Below the pieces are notes generated by a model. It made no database searches and was not told where the DNA came from. It saw only the letters and a program-made list of their open reading frames with translations. The translations under genes and the position numbers were made by a program. A DNA stretch of 64,000 nt from NCBI GenBank assembly GCA_040002995.1, contig JBDUDK010000075.1, forward strand, positions 24,160-88,159, in the 5' to 3' direction. Position 1 is the first letter of the stretch. Every line of letters begins with the position of its first letter. The stretch is from Acidimicrobiales bacterium (lineage in GTDB: Bacteria > Actinomycetota > Acidimicrobiia > Acidimicrobiales > Ilumatobacteraceae). Of the stretch, positions 43,135-52,099 are shown piece after piece.

Positions 43135-43269
43135 CGTCTACGCCCACGGCCCCGGCTGCACACTCGCATCATCCGGCGGATAGCCAGCCAACCACCACGA
43201 GGCACCCGCGTTTCAAACATAGCCGCACCCACGAACTTAGAAGAGACACACCACCGCGGTCCCCCAGCG

Positions 43270-43298
43270 TCTCGATGACACTCCGTTGACACTTTTCA
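43270..43298. repeat. Arm-type repeat, right (P arm)
   Basis: tctcgatgacactccgttgacacttttca holds two TGACACT copies 11 bp apart. It matches 20054..20082. Confidence 0.55.
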
Positions 43299-43410
43299 GC
43301 GGTGTGCAGCGGTCACCTCCGGTTCGTGGCGGTCACTGCCAGTCAGATGCCCTCGCTACCAAAGAGCCATATTCGCCCAGCTCAGCGGCTACGCCGGCAC
43401 TTCCGACCGG

Positions 43411-43469
43411 CTACGATACGAAGCGTGTACGACCCACCCAGAACGGCGCGCGGAGATCCTTCTTCAGGA
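43411..43469. repeat. attR candidate (functional 3' end of the acyl-CoA synthetase gene)
   Basis: See attL. The 34-bp perfect core lies at 43436..43469. Confidence 0.7.
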
Positions 43470-44973
43470 TCTTTCCGCTCGGGTTGCGAGGCAACGACTC
43501 GACGAAGTCGACGGATGTCGGACATTTGAACTTCGCCAGTTGTTGCCGGCAGAAGCCGATGATGTCGGCCTCGCTGATATCGGAACCGGGCTTGCGCACC
43601 ACCATGGCCTTGGGCGTCTCGCCCCACTTGTCGTCGGGAATGCCGATGACGGCGGCATCGGCGATCGACGGATGGGCCATCAGCACGTTTTCGACTTCGG
43701 CCGGGTAGATGTTCTCGCCCCCGGACACGATCATGTCCTTCACCCGGTCGTGGATGTAGACGTAGCCATCGGCGTCGAGGAAGCCGGCGTCGCCCGTGCG
43801 GAACCAGCCGTCGTCGGCGAACGACCGCGCCGTCTCGTCGGGCAGGTTCCAGTAGCCGAGCATGTTCTGCGGCGAGCGCACCCAGATCTCGCCGACCTCG
43901 CCCGTCGGCAGCGGCGCCGTGGTGGCCGCGTCGACGATCTTCAACTCGACGCCGGGACCCGGCACTCCGGCCGAACGCAGGCGGTGCTTGTTCGGCCCGT
44001 CGGGATCGTGATCGGAAGGCGGAAGGTTGACAATCGCGCCGGTGGTTTCCGTAAGGCCGTAGGCCTGCCAGAACGCGCACTTGAACGTCTTGATCGAGTC
44101 GGCGAGCACCTGCTCCGAGATCGGCGAGGCGCCGTAGACGAGCACTTGCAACCTGGAGAAGTCGGCTTCCTTCACGCCGGGCACCATCAGCATGAACTGA
44201 AACACCGCTGGCACGAGGAACGCGTGGGTGATGCCTTGGTCGGGGATCAGGTGCACCAGCGCGGCGGGGTCGAGGTCGCGCACGATGACGCTCTTCGCGC
44301 CGTTGTACATGCCCGCGGTGGCCCAGCCTCCGCCGCCGATATGGAACAACGGCATGGCCACGAGGTTCACGGAGGTCGGGCCCATCTTCCACATCTCCGA
44401 CGTGAGCGGCAATAACGCGAAAAAATTATCGTGGGTGAGCATCACCCCCTTCGGCCGACCCGTCGTGCCCGAGGAGTACAGCTGAAAAGCGACGTCTTGA
44501 CCCGTGGCGGTGGCGCCGGGGTCGACGGCCGAATAGCGAGCCACCCAACTCTCGTACGACTCGTACTTGTCGTGGCCACCGATGACGACGAACTTCTTCA
44601 CCGTCGTGAGCTGGTCGGCAATGGCGTCGAGCACCGGCACGAAATCGTGCCCGACGACGAACACCTTGGTGAGGGCATCGTTGACGATGTACGCGACCTC
44701 GGGCGCGGCGAGTCGCCAGTTCACGTCGACGCAGACGGCATTCAACAGGGCGGCGCCGTAGAACACCTCGAAGTGCTCGACGCAGTTCTTGTCGAGGAAG
44801 GCGATGCGATCCTGGTTGCCGACTCCCTCGGCGGCGAGGGCATTCGCGACCTGACCCGCACGGGCCAGCAACTCGCCCCACGTGGTCCGGCGGTCGCCCA
44901 GGATCAAGGCGTCCTTGTCGTGGAGGTTCGCACCGTGTGTGCGGATGATGTCAGAGACGGTCGTGATCGCCAT
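43411..44973 (-). CDS. Long-chain-fatty-acid--CoA ligase / AMP-dependent synthetase
   Basis: 520 aa. AMP-binding motif LYSSGTTGRPKGV, TGD (WFRTGDAG) and the C-terminal PRNPSGKILKKDLR. Confidence 0.9.
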   Translation of the reverse strand: MAITTVSDIIRTHGANLHDKDALILGDRRTTWGELLARAGQVANALAAEGVGNQDRIAFLDKNCVEHFEVFYGAALLNAVCVDVNWRLAAPEVAYIVNDALTKVFVVGHDFVPVLDAIADQLTTVKKFVVIGGHDKYESYESWVARYSAVDPGATATGQDVAFQLYSSGTTGRPKGVMLTHDNFFALLPLTSEMWKMGPTSVNLVAMPLFHIGGGGWATAGMYNGAKSVIVRDLDPAALVHLIPDQGITHAFLVPAVFQFMLMVPGVKEADFSRLQVLVYGASPISEQVLADSIKTFKCAFWQAYGLTETTGAIVNLPPSDHDPDGPNKHRLRSAGVPGPGVELKIVDAATTAPLPTGEVGEIWVRSPQNMLGYWNLPDETARSFADDGWFRTGDAGFLDADGYVYIHDRVKDMIVSGGENIYPAEVENVLMAHPSIADAAVIGIPDDKWGETPKAMVVRKPGSDISEADIIGFCRQQLAKFKCPTSVDFVESLPRNPSGKILKKDLRAPFWVGRTRFVS

Positions 44974-45001
44974 TGCCCGTCACCCTAGATTCCGCGCAAA
45001 C

Positions 45002-45652
45002 TCAGGTGCGCCGGTTGCCGTAGGTGTCCCAATGCGTGAGGACCTCCACCGGCTTGCGGCGGGCCACACCGAAACGGCCGGCCGGCCGGCCCATGGGCAC
45101 CAGCGCGGCCACCTCGAACGTGTCCGGAATCGAGAGCGCGGCTCGGATCTCGTCGTGCACCACTCTGATGACGGTCGTCAACGCGGTTCCGATGCCCAGC
45201 CCACGCGCGGCCAGCATGAAGTTCTGCACGGCGGGATAAATGGACGCATAGAGCGGGCCGATGTCCATCGGTCCCTGCTCGTCGCTCGGAGTCCAGGGGA
45301 TGATCGGCAACAAGAACAGGACGAGCGCCGGGGCCTCGCCCAAGTGATCGGCCAGGTGTCGGGAGGCGTCGCGCGTGCGGGTCCACGACGCTTCGTCCTC
45401 CGGTGACCGAAACCGCGGCGGCGTATCCCCGAGCACGCGCTCGTAGCGATTGAACGCCGATTGGTAGAGCTGCCCTACCTCGGCCCGTGCCGCACCATCG
45501 CGCACAACGAGGTACTGCCACGGCTGCACGTTTCCGCCGCTCGGCGCCTGTTGCGCGGCGCGTAGACACGTGAGGATCTCGTCGTCGGTGACGGGCCCGT
45601 CGGTGTAGCGGCGCATCGCGCGCGTCGTCATGAGGGCCTCTAGCAACTCCAT
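45002..45652 (-). CDS. Nitroreductase-family protein
   Basis: 216 aa. TRAMRRYTDGPV.DDEI..CL.AAQQAPSGGNVQPW. Confidence 0.8.
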   Translation of the reverse strand: MELLEALMTTRAMRRYTDGPVTDDEILTCLRAAQQAPSGGNVQPWQYLVVRDGAARAEVGQLYQSAFNRYERVLGDTPPRFRSPEDEASWTRTRDASRHLADHLGEAPALVLFLLPIIPWTPSDEQGPMDIGPLYASIYPAVQNFMLAARGLGIGTALTTVIRVVHDEIRAALSIPDTFEVAALVPMGRPAGRFGVARRKPVEVLTHWDTYGNRRT

Positions 45653-45653
45653 G

Positions 45654-46433
45654 TCATCGTCCTTCGAATCGAGGGGACCGCTTCTCTCGTAAAGCGGCGA
45701 GCGCTTCGCGGTGGTCGTCAGAAGCGAACGTCACCAGCTCGAGCGCGGTCGACAGATCGAAGCTTTCGAGCAACGCCCGCTTCACCTGCGCGTTCACCGC
45801 CTGTTTCGTGTAGCGCAACGCAAGGGGCGCGCCCGCCGCCAGCCGCCGCGCCCATACCATCGCCCGCTCGGTCAACTCCGCCGCCGGCGCGACCTCGTTC
45901 ACGAGGCCGATGCGTTCGGCTTCGGCCGCGCCTATCGCGTCACCGGTGAGCAAGTACTGCTTCGCCCGTGCCGGTCCGACGACCAGAGGCCAGATCGCCG
46001 CGCCGCCGTCGCCGGCGACAATGCCGACGCGTACATGAGGGTCGGCGATCGTCGCGGTGTCGGCCATCACGATCACGTCGCAGAGCAGCGCGATCGACGC
46101 CCCGAGCCCGATGGCGGGGCCGTTGATCGCGCACACGATCGGTATATCGATGTCGAGCAGGTCCCAGATGAGTTGCTTGCCGTGGCGGTGGAGGTCGGCC
46201 AGCTTCTCGACGGAGTCGAGCGAGGGGAACCACGCGAAGTCACCTCCGGCTGAAAACGAGGTTCCCGCCCCGGTGAGCAGCACGCTGCGGGCACCGGGCT
46301 CGCGTCTCAAGTCGCGGAACAGCGCAGCGAGCGCATCGTGAAGCTCACTGTCGACGGCATTGCGCGGCGGACGGTCGATCGTCGCCACGAGAACGTCGCC
46401 GTCGAGCTCCCGCCGGACCAACTCACCCTTCAC
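45654..46433 (-). CDS. Enoyl-CoA hydratase/isomerase (crotonase) family
   Basis: 259 aa. FSAGGDF...INGPAIGLGASIALLCD. Confidence 0.85.
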   Translation of the reverse strand: MKGELVRRELDGDVLVATIDRPPRNAVDSELHDALAALFRDLRREPGARSVLLTGAGTSFSAGGDFAWFPSLDSVEKLADLHRHGKQLIWDLLDIDIPIVCAINGPAIGLGASIALLCDVIVMADTATIADPHVRVGIVAGDGGAAIWPLVVGPARAKQYLLTGDAIGAAEAERIGLVNEVAPAAELTERAMVWARRLAAGAPLALRYTKQAVNAQVKRALLESFDLSTALELVTFASDDHREALAALREKRSPRFEGR

Positions 46434-47548
46434 AGCATCGCCGTATCGACTTCGATCCCCATGCGCAGCTTTCCGAACGTCTCCAACATCCGGGGCGACA
46501 CCATGATGTGTTGCGTCGCGCTGTGCACGTCGCGAAAGCAGCGGCCCAACGAACTCGATGTGTAGACCGTCGAGCCTCCGCCTGCGTTATATGCGAGGTC
46601 GACAGCCCTCGCGGATTCGGCTCCCGCGTGTGCGCACGCGAGACGTATGCGCGCGCGCTGGGCCACCGGCACAGGGTCGCCCGCCTGCACGAGGTCCCAG
46701 GCCACCCCGACTTCGTGGTGGAGGAAGGCCCGGGCCGCGCCAAGCGCGGCTTCCGCCTTGGCCACGTCGATCTGCGCCATGGCAAACCCGGACAGCTTCT
46801 TTTGCGCGAGCATCGGCGTCTTCTCGGAGGCGAGCGCCACGAACTCGTCGATCGCGTGCGCGGCGATGCCGACGAGGGTGGTCGCGACGCCGCACGCCAA
46901 GAGCGAGAAGTTGGGGAAGCGGCTGAGAGGCGACTGCTCATGACGGTGCGCCACGAGTGGTTGTACCGAAAGGCCATCGGGCACCAACGCGTCATGCACC
47001 TCGAAATCGTTCGACCCTGTTCCGCGCAGCCCGTGGGAGTACCAGGTGTCGAGGATCTCGACGTCGGCCGCAGGGAAGAACATGAGATGAAACTCGCCGC
47101 GATCAGTGAGCGTGCCGCCCGTGATCCATTGGCAATGCTGCGTGCCGCTCCCCCACGCCCACCGACCGTTGACCCGATGCCCGCCGTCGACCGCGGTACC
47201 CACGCCGCTCGGGGCGAACGCGCCGCCGGTGATGACCGTGGCATCTTCGTAGATCTTCTCGGCCCAACTCTCCGGTAGGTACGAGGCCATCGACGACGTC
47301 GTCGACGCGATCATCGTGCACCAACCCGCCGCACCATCGGCCGCCGCCACGAGCTCGATGGCCGTCATCATCGTGAGCGGGTCTACCTCTGGTCCGCCGT
47401 ACTTCGCGGGAACGCACATCCGCAGCAAACCGGCGTCGCGGAGCGCCATAACAACATCATCGGGGAGCCGGCGCGCCGCTTCGGCTTCCTCAGCTCGCGA
47501 CCGTACGAGGGGCGCGACCGAGGTCGCGGCTTCGACGGCCGATGTCAC
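46430..47548 (-). CDS. Acyl-CoA dehydrogenase family protein (type-2 / partner-subunit-like)
   Basis: 372 aa with ACAD-fold pattern and C-terminal ...AYNAGGGSTVYTSSSLGRCFRDVHSATQH. It has 4-nt overlaps with both neighbours. Confidence 0.75.
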   Translation of the reverse strand: MTSAVEAATSVAPLVRSRAEEAEAARRLPDDVVMALRDAGLLRMCVPAKYGGPEVDPLTMMTAIELVAAADGAAGWCTMIASTTSSMASYLPESWAEKIYEDATVITGGAFAPSGVGTAVDGGHRVNGRWAWGSGTQHCQWITGGTLTDRGEFHLMFFPAADVEILDTWYSHGLRGTGSNDFEVHDALVPDGLSVQPLVAHRHEQSPLSRFPNFSLLACGVATTLVGIAAHAIDEFVALASEKTPMLAQKKLSGFAMAQIDVAKAEAALGAARAFLHHEVGVAWDLVQAGDPVPVAQRARIRLACAHAGAESARAVDLAYNAGGGSTVYTSSSLGRCFRDVHSATQHIMVSPRMLETFGKLRMGIEVDTAML

Positions 47549-48717
47549 CGTTGGGCCGCCGACCAGCTCTGCCCTTGCTCGACGTCGATGTCGTGCGGGA
47601 GGCCCAGCGCGCGTTCACCGACGATGTTGCGCTGCACCTCGCCGGTTCCGCCGCCCACGGTCAACGCGGGCGAGAAGAGGAAGCCGTAATGCCAGATGTC
47701 GTCGACGTCGGCGCCGAAGAATCCCTCGCCGGCTTCGGCCTTCCCGGTGAGCATGCCCGAGGCGCCTTGCATGTCCTTGGCCAACTGCATGATGTGCTGA
47801 CCGTGCTCGTCGGCGAGGATCTTGCGCACGCTGGATTCAGGCCCGGGTTGCTCGCCTTTGAGGCGAGCCGTGAGCGTGCGTAGGCGAATGAGGCGCAGGA
47901 TCTCGCCTTCGATGTGCAGGCGCGCCAGGCGGTCGCGAAAAACGGGATCGGTGCAGCCACCACCGCGGCGCACGACATTGAGAAGGTCTTCGGCGGTGGG
48001 GCCGCTTCCCCAGAGGGCGCCACCTCCCGAGAGCGACACGCGCTCGTTGCCGAGGGTGATCTTGGCGAGCGCCCATCCGCGGTTGACGTCGCCGAGCAGA
48101 TTTTCAGCGGGGATGTGCACGTCGGTGAGGAACACTTCGTTGAACGTCTGACCGCCCGTCATCTCGGTGATCGGGCGAATTTCGATGCCGGGCAGGTGCA
48201 TCGGGCAGATGAAGTAGGAGATGCCTTGATGCTTCGGCACACTCGGATCAGTGCGCGCGATCAAGATGCCGACTGCGCTGTTGACGGCCCCGCTCGTCCA
48301 GATCTTCTGCCCGTTGATGACCCACTCGTCGCCGTCGCGCACCGCGCGCGTGCCCAGGCTCGCGAGGTCACTGCCCGACCCCGGCTCGCTAAAGAGCTGG
48401 CACCAGATCTCCTCGCCCGCCAAGAGGGGGAAGAGGTAGCGGTCCTTTTGCTCCTGCGTCCCCGCGTACAAGATCGTGGGCCCCGCCCAGCCGATGCCGA
48501 TCGGATTCGCCGGCCGGTTGACGCCGGCGGCGGCCAGCTCGTCGTCGATGATGAGTTGGTGGATCGGGTCGGCGTCGAGTCCCCAAGGCCGTGGCCAGTG
48601 GGGGGCGACGTAACCGGCCTCGGCAAGCTCTCGTCCAGAGGGTCGGGGATGTTCGGCAAGCCAAGTCCGCATGGCCAAGCGTCGGGGATCGTCGGCGGCA
48701 GGAAGCTCGAAGTCCAT
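47545..48717 (-). CDS. Acyl-CoA dehydrogenase
   Basis: Trimmed to MDFELPAADDP... (ATG 48717). The C-terminus GGGTGEVQRNIVGERALGLP is typical of actinobacterial FadE proteins. Confidence 0.8.
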   Translation of the reverse strand: MDFELPAADDPRRLAMRTWLAEHPRPSGRELAEAGYVAPHWPRPWGLDADPIHQLIIDDELAAAGVNRPANPIGIGWAGPTILYAGTQEQKDRYLFPLLAGEEIWCQLFSEPGSGSDLASLGTRAVRDGDEWVINGQKIWTSGAVNSAVGILIARTDPSVPKHQGISYFICPMHLPGIEIRPITEMTGGQTFNEVFLTDVHIPAENLLGDVNRGWALAKITLGNERVSLSGGGALWGSGPTAEDLLNVVRRGGGCTDPVFRDRLARLHIEGEILRLIRLRTLTARLKGEQPGPESSVRKILADEHGQHIMQLAKDMQGASGMLTGKAEAGEGFFGADVDDIWHYGFLFSPALTVGGGTGEVQRNIVGERALGLPHDIDVEQGQSWSAAQR

Positions 48718-48778
48718 CGCCCGCCAGCGTATCGAGGCCGCATACAAAGCACGGCGCCGCGTCGTTAGCATTCCATTC

Positions 48779-49588
48779 ATGTCCAACCCCGTTCTCAACG
48801 AAAAGGCGTTCAAACAGGCCGCCACCGACGATCGAGTCGGTTGGGCCGCGCCGGAGACCGCCACCGTCTGGCACGAGCCCGTCTCCGACGGACCCATCAG
48901 CCCTTACAAGACCGGCCGGATGACGGTCGAGGGTGCGATCACCGCAACCGGCGTGCTCTTCGTGCTGTTGCTCGTGGGCGGGGTGGTCGGCTGGCTCTCG
49001 GTGAACCCCGATCCCCTCAACGTGCGCATCCCCGGCTGGATCTTCGCACCGCTGCTCGTGGCCCTTGGCCTGGTGATCTGGTCGGTGGTCAAGCCGCAGG
49101 TGTCCCGCTACACGGCGCCGGCCTACGCCCTGTGCGAAGGGGTCGTCCTCGGCGCGATCTCGCACGTCTTCGACACCCAGTGGCACGGCATAGCCGCCGA
49201 GGCGGCGCTCGGAACCGCCGGCGTGTTCGCCACGATGCTCGTCCTCTACACGACCCGAATCGTCAAGGTCACCGACCGGTTCCGCAAGATGGTCATCGCC
49301 GCCACGGTCGGCGTCATGGTGATCTACGCCGTCGGCCTGCTCGCCCGCCTCTTCGGCGGCTCGATCGGCTTCATCAACTCACCCAGCGCCTTCGGCATTT
49401 TGTTCAGTGTCGTGGTCGTGGGCATCGCCGCGTTCAACCTGATGCTCGACTTCGACCTCATCGAAAAGGGCGCCGCGGCGGGCGCGCCGAAATATATGGA
49501 GTGGTACGCGGCTCTCGGGCTGATGGTCACCGTGGTGTGGCTGTATCTCGAGATCCTGCGCTTGCTCGCCAAACTGCGCGAGCGGTGA
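48779..49588 (+). CDS. Bax-inhibitor-1/YccA-family membrane protein
   Basis: Trimmed to MSNPVLNEKAFKQ... (ATG 48779). Seven hydrophobic segments follow a soluble N-terminus, and the C-terminus is charged (LRLLAKLRER). Confidence 0.7.
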   Translation: MSNPVLNEKAFKQAATDDRVGWAAPETATVWHEPVSDGPISPYKTGRMTVEGAITATGVLFVLLLVGGVVGWLSVNPDPLNVRIPGWIFAPLLVALGLVIWSVVKPQVSRYTAPAYALCEGVVLGAISHVFDTQWHGIAAEAALGTAGVFATMLVLYTTRIVKVTDRFRKMVIAATVGVMVIYAVGLLARLFGGSIGFINSPSAFGILFSVVVVGIAAFNLMLDFDLIEKGAAAGAPKYMEWYAALGLMVTVVWLYLEILRLLAKLRER

Positions 49589-49739
49589 GCCCCGCCGGCA
49601 TCGTCCGGCTTTCGTCAACTTTCTCTTTCCTCTCAAGGCGAGCTCGTCTCGATCCGATCGAGACGAGGTCGCCTCGCGTTTCGAGGTGGTGTGCGGCCCC
49701 GACCGCTGTTCTCGGCTCGGACGGGAGAGAAGAAGAGCG

Positions 49740-50678
49740 ATGGCGGAATCACGCAAAAGGCACACGGCTGTTGTAGTGGTTGCCGTCGCGTTCGTATTTC
49801 CGGCGGTCGCCGCGACGGCCGAGGACGCTTCGACCACGACGGTGCCGGTGACATCGACTGAGACACCCACCACGGTCAACGTGCCGCGGCCTGCGGAAAT
49901 CGAACCCTGGTTCAACGTGCGCGCCAACTGGACGGCCACCAGGGGGATCCGCTTCCCGGTGCTCGGTCCGGTCGCGTTCCGCAACGACTGGGGCGAGTGC
50001 CGAGACGGCGAGACGGCGTCGAGTGGGCTCAGCGCCGCCGAAACGACCACGTGTCCCCGCCACCACGCCGGTAACGACCTGTTCGGCGTGAAGTTGCAAC
50101 CCCTTCTCGCGGCGGCCGACGGCACGGTGACCGAGTTGCTTGACGAGGAAGGCAAGGCCGGCAACGGCATCACGATCGAAGACGCCGAGCACTGGACCTA
50201 TCACTACTTCCACATGAACAACGACACGCCCGGCAGCAAGAACGATGGAGCCAATGCCTGGGTGTGGCGCTACGCCCCGGAAATCCGCGTCGGCGCCACC
50301 GTCCGCGCCGGGCAGTTCCTCGGCTTCATGGGCGACAGCGGCAACGCCGAGGGCGACGGGTCCCATCTCCACTTTGAGATCCACCGCCCGAGCGGCATCC
50401 CGATCGACCCCTTCAACAGCCTCCAAGCGGCCCGGAAGGCCGAGAGCTGTTCGCCGCCGCGGGTGCTCCTCGGCGACGTCGCCACCCAACGCGACGCGTT
50501 CGGAGTCGCGGTCGTCGCCGTCGATGTCGTGGACTCGACGAGACACGGCAGTTGGCGGATCTCCTCGGCGGGCGGGGTGGTGGCCAAGGGCGACGCTGCC
50601 ATCGTCGCCCCCGGTGGCTACGTCACGGACCCGTGCAAGCTCGCGCTCTCGTGGCCGGTGATGTTCGTCGTCGGCTGA
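49740..50678 (+). CDS. Secreted M23-family metallopeptidase
   Basis: Signal peptide after the ATG at 49740, with SD gggagagaagaagag. H-x3-D in RHHAGNDLF and H-x-H in GSHLHFEIH. Confidence 0.75.
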   Translation: MAESRKRHTAVVVVAVAFVFPAVAATAEDASTTTVPVTSTETPTTVNVPRPAEIEPWFNVRANWTATRGIRFPVLGPVAFRNDWGECRDGETASSGLSAAETTTCPRHHAGNDLFGVKLQPLLAAADGTVTELLDEEGKAGNGITIEDAEHWTYHYFHMNNDTPGSKNDGANAWVWRYAPEIRVGATVRAGQFLGFMGDSGNAEGDGSHLHFEIHRPSGIPIDPFNSLQAARKAESCSPPRVLLGDVATQRDAFGVAVVAVDVVDSTRHGSWRISSAGGVVAKGDAAIVAPGGYVTDPCKLALSWPVMFVVG

Positions 50679-50720
50679 ATGCGGCTGCTTCGTCCGTGCA
50701 CGGAGCCGTAGCGTTGGGGT

Positions 50721-51827
50721 ATGCGTGTCGACGAGCTCCGCGCCGAGGCCCGCACGTGGCTGGCCCGCCACCGGGCGGAAGCGCCCACTGACTACGGACC
50801 GATCCTTCCCCCCGATCTCCACGAGCGCGGTCGCTCATGGCAACGACTGTTGTTCGCGGAGGGCTGGGCGGGCATTCACTGGCCCGAGGAGTACGGCGGG
50901 CGCGGCCTCGCTCCTGAACACAACGCCGCATGGATGGAGGAGTGCGCGCTCGCGGGGCTTCCGCCGTTCATCAACATGGTGGGAATCGTCCTGGCGGGAG
51001 GCGCCTTGCTGCGCTTTGGTACGCCGGCCCAACAAGATCGCCACCTCCGATCGACACTCTGCGCCGACGAGGTGTGGTGCCAGCTGTTCAGCGAACCCGG
51101 CGCGGGTAGCGACCTCGCCGGCCTGACCACGAGCGCGGTGCGCGATGGTGAGCAATACATCGTCAACGGACAGAAGGTGTGGTGCTCCGGCGGGCGCTAC
51201 AGCGATTGGGGCATCCTGCTGGCCCGCACCAATCCAAACGCGGAGCGCCACAAGGGCATCTCGTTCTTCCTCCTCGACATGCATACCCCTGGTGTAGAGG
51301 TACGGGCTCTGCGCCAAATGACGGGCGAGGCCGAGTTCGACGAGGTGTTCCTCACCGACGTGGTCGTGCCCGCCGACTGTCTGCTCGGGCCGGAGAACGA
51401 AGGCTGGGCGGTGGCGATGGCCGTGTTGACGAGCGAGCGCGGACATGTCGGTGCGTCGGTCATCGGCCTCGAACGTCGCCTGGAAGCGCTGGCGGGCATG
51501 GGCGCGGGCCATCGCCTTGACGCATTGACACGCGACCGCCTCGCATCGCTTCTGGGACGCGGGCACGCCATGAAGGCGCTCGGGCAGCGGCGCGCGGAGG
51601 GAATCAGCGGATCATTGATGAAGCTCGGCGTCACCGAGCTGCTGTTCGACGCGGCGATGCTGCGCGGCGAAATAGCGGGAGCCGACGCCGTGCTCGAGGG
51701 CTCCGACGCGCGAGGCATGCTTGCCGCTCCGGGCGGCCGCATCGCCGGAGGAACCAGCCAGATTCAACGCACGATCATCGGCGAGCGCCTACTGGGGCTG
51801 CCGCGAGAAGCCAAAGGGGAGACATGA
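50721..51827 (+). CDS. Acyl-CoA dehydrogenase
   Basis: 368 aa. WCQLFSEPGAGSDLAGL and GGTSQIQRTIIGERLLGLP. Confidence 0.85.
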   Translation: MRVDELRAEARTWLARHRAEAPTDYGPILPPDLHERGRSWQRLLFAEGWAGIHWPEEYGGRGLAPEHNAAWMEECALAGLPPFINMVGIVLAGGALLRFGTPAQQDRHLRSTLCADEVWCQLFSEPGAGSDLAGLTTSAVRDGEQYIVNGQKVWCSGGRYSDWGILLARTNPNAERHKGISFFLLDMHTPGVEVRALRQMTGEAEFDEVFLTDVVVPADCLLGPENEGWAVAMAVLTSERGHVGASVIGLERRLEALAGMGAGHRLDALTRDRLASLLGRGHAMKALGQRRAEGISGSLMKLGVTELLFDAAMLRGEIAGADAVLEGSDARGMLAAPGGRIAGGTSQIQRTIIGERLLGLPREAKGET

Positions 51828-52087
51828 CCGATACTCCAGTACCAGCGCCTGAAAAGCCGCAACGCGAATTCAACGCCGCGCCGCTGCTCGCGCTCGCCGT
51901 GCTGGCGGCCGCGATCGTCGCGTTCGTCGTGCAGAACAGCGACAGCTACCCGGTGAAGTGGCTGATGTTCGACGGCAAGGCGCCCACGTGGCTCGTGATC
52001 GTGGCGAGCGCGGTGGCAGGGGCGATACTCGAACGCCTCACGGTGTGGACGATCAAACGTCGCCGCAGAGCGGTTCAACGCATCTGA
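51824..52087 (+). CDS. Small membrane protein, LapA/DUF1049-like
   Basis: 87 aa with two TM helices and a basic tail. 4-nt overlap with the upstream ACAD. Confidence 0.55.
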   Translation: MTDTPVPAPEKPQREFNAAPLLALAVLAAAIVAFVVQNSDSYPVKWLMFDGKAPTWLVIVASAVAGAILERLTVWTIKRRRRAVQRI

Positions 52088-52099
52088 CATCATGCGCCC

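Larger units (their letters stand above)
19976..43469. mobile_element. Integrated genomic island (~23.5 kb) with tyrosine integrase, inserted in the 3' end of a fadD-like gene
   Basis: Flanking 34-bp perfect direct repeats. The integrase gene lies just inside the left repeat. Conserved arm-type repeats sit inside both ends. An IS remnant and decayed genes lie in the interior. Confidence 0.65.
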
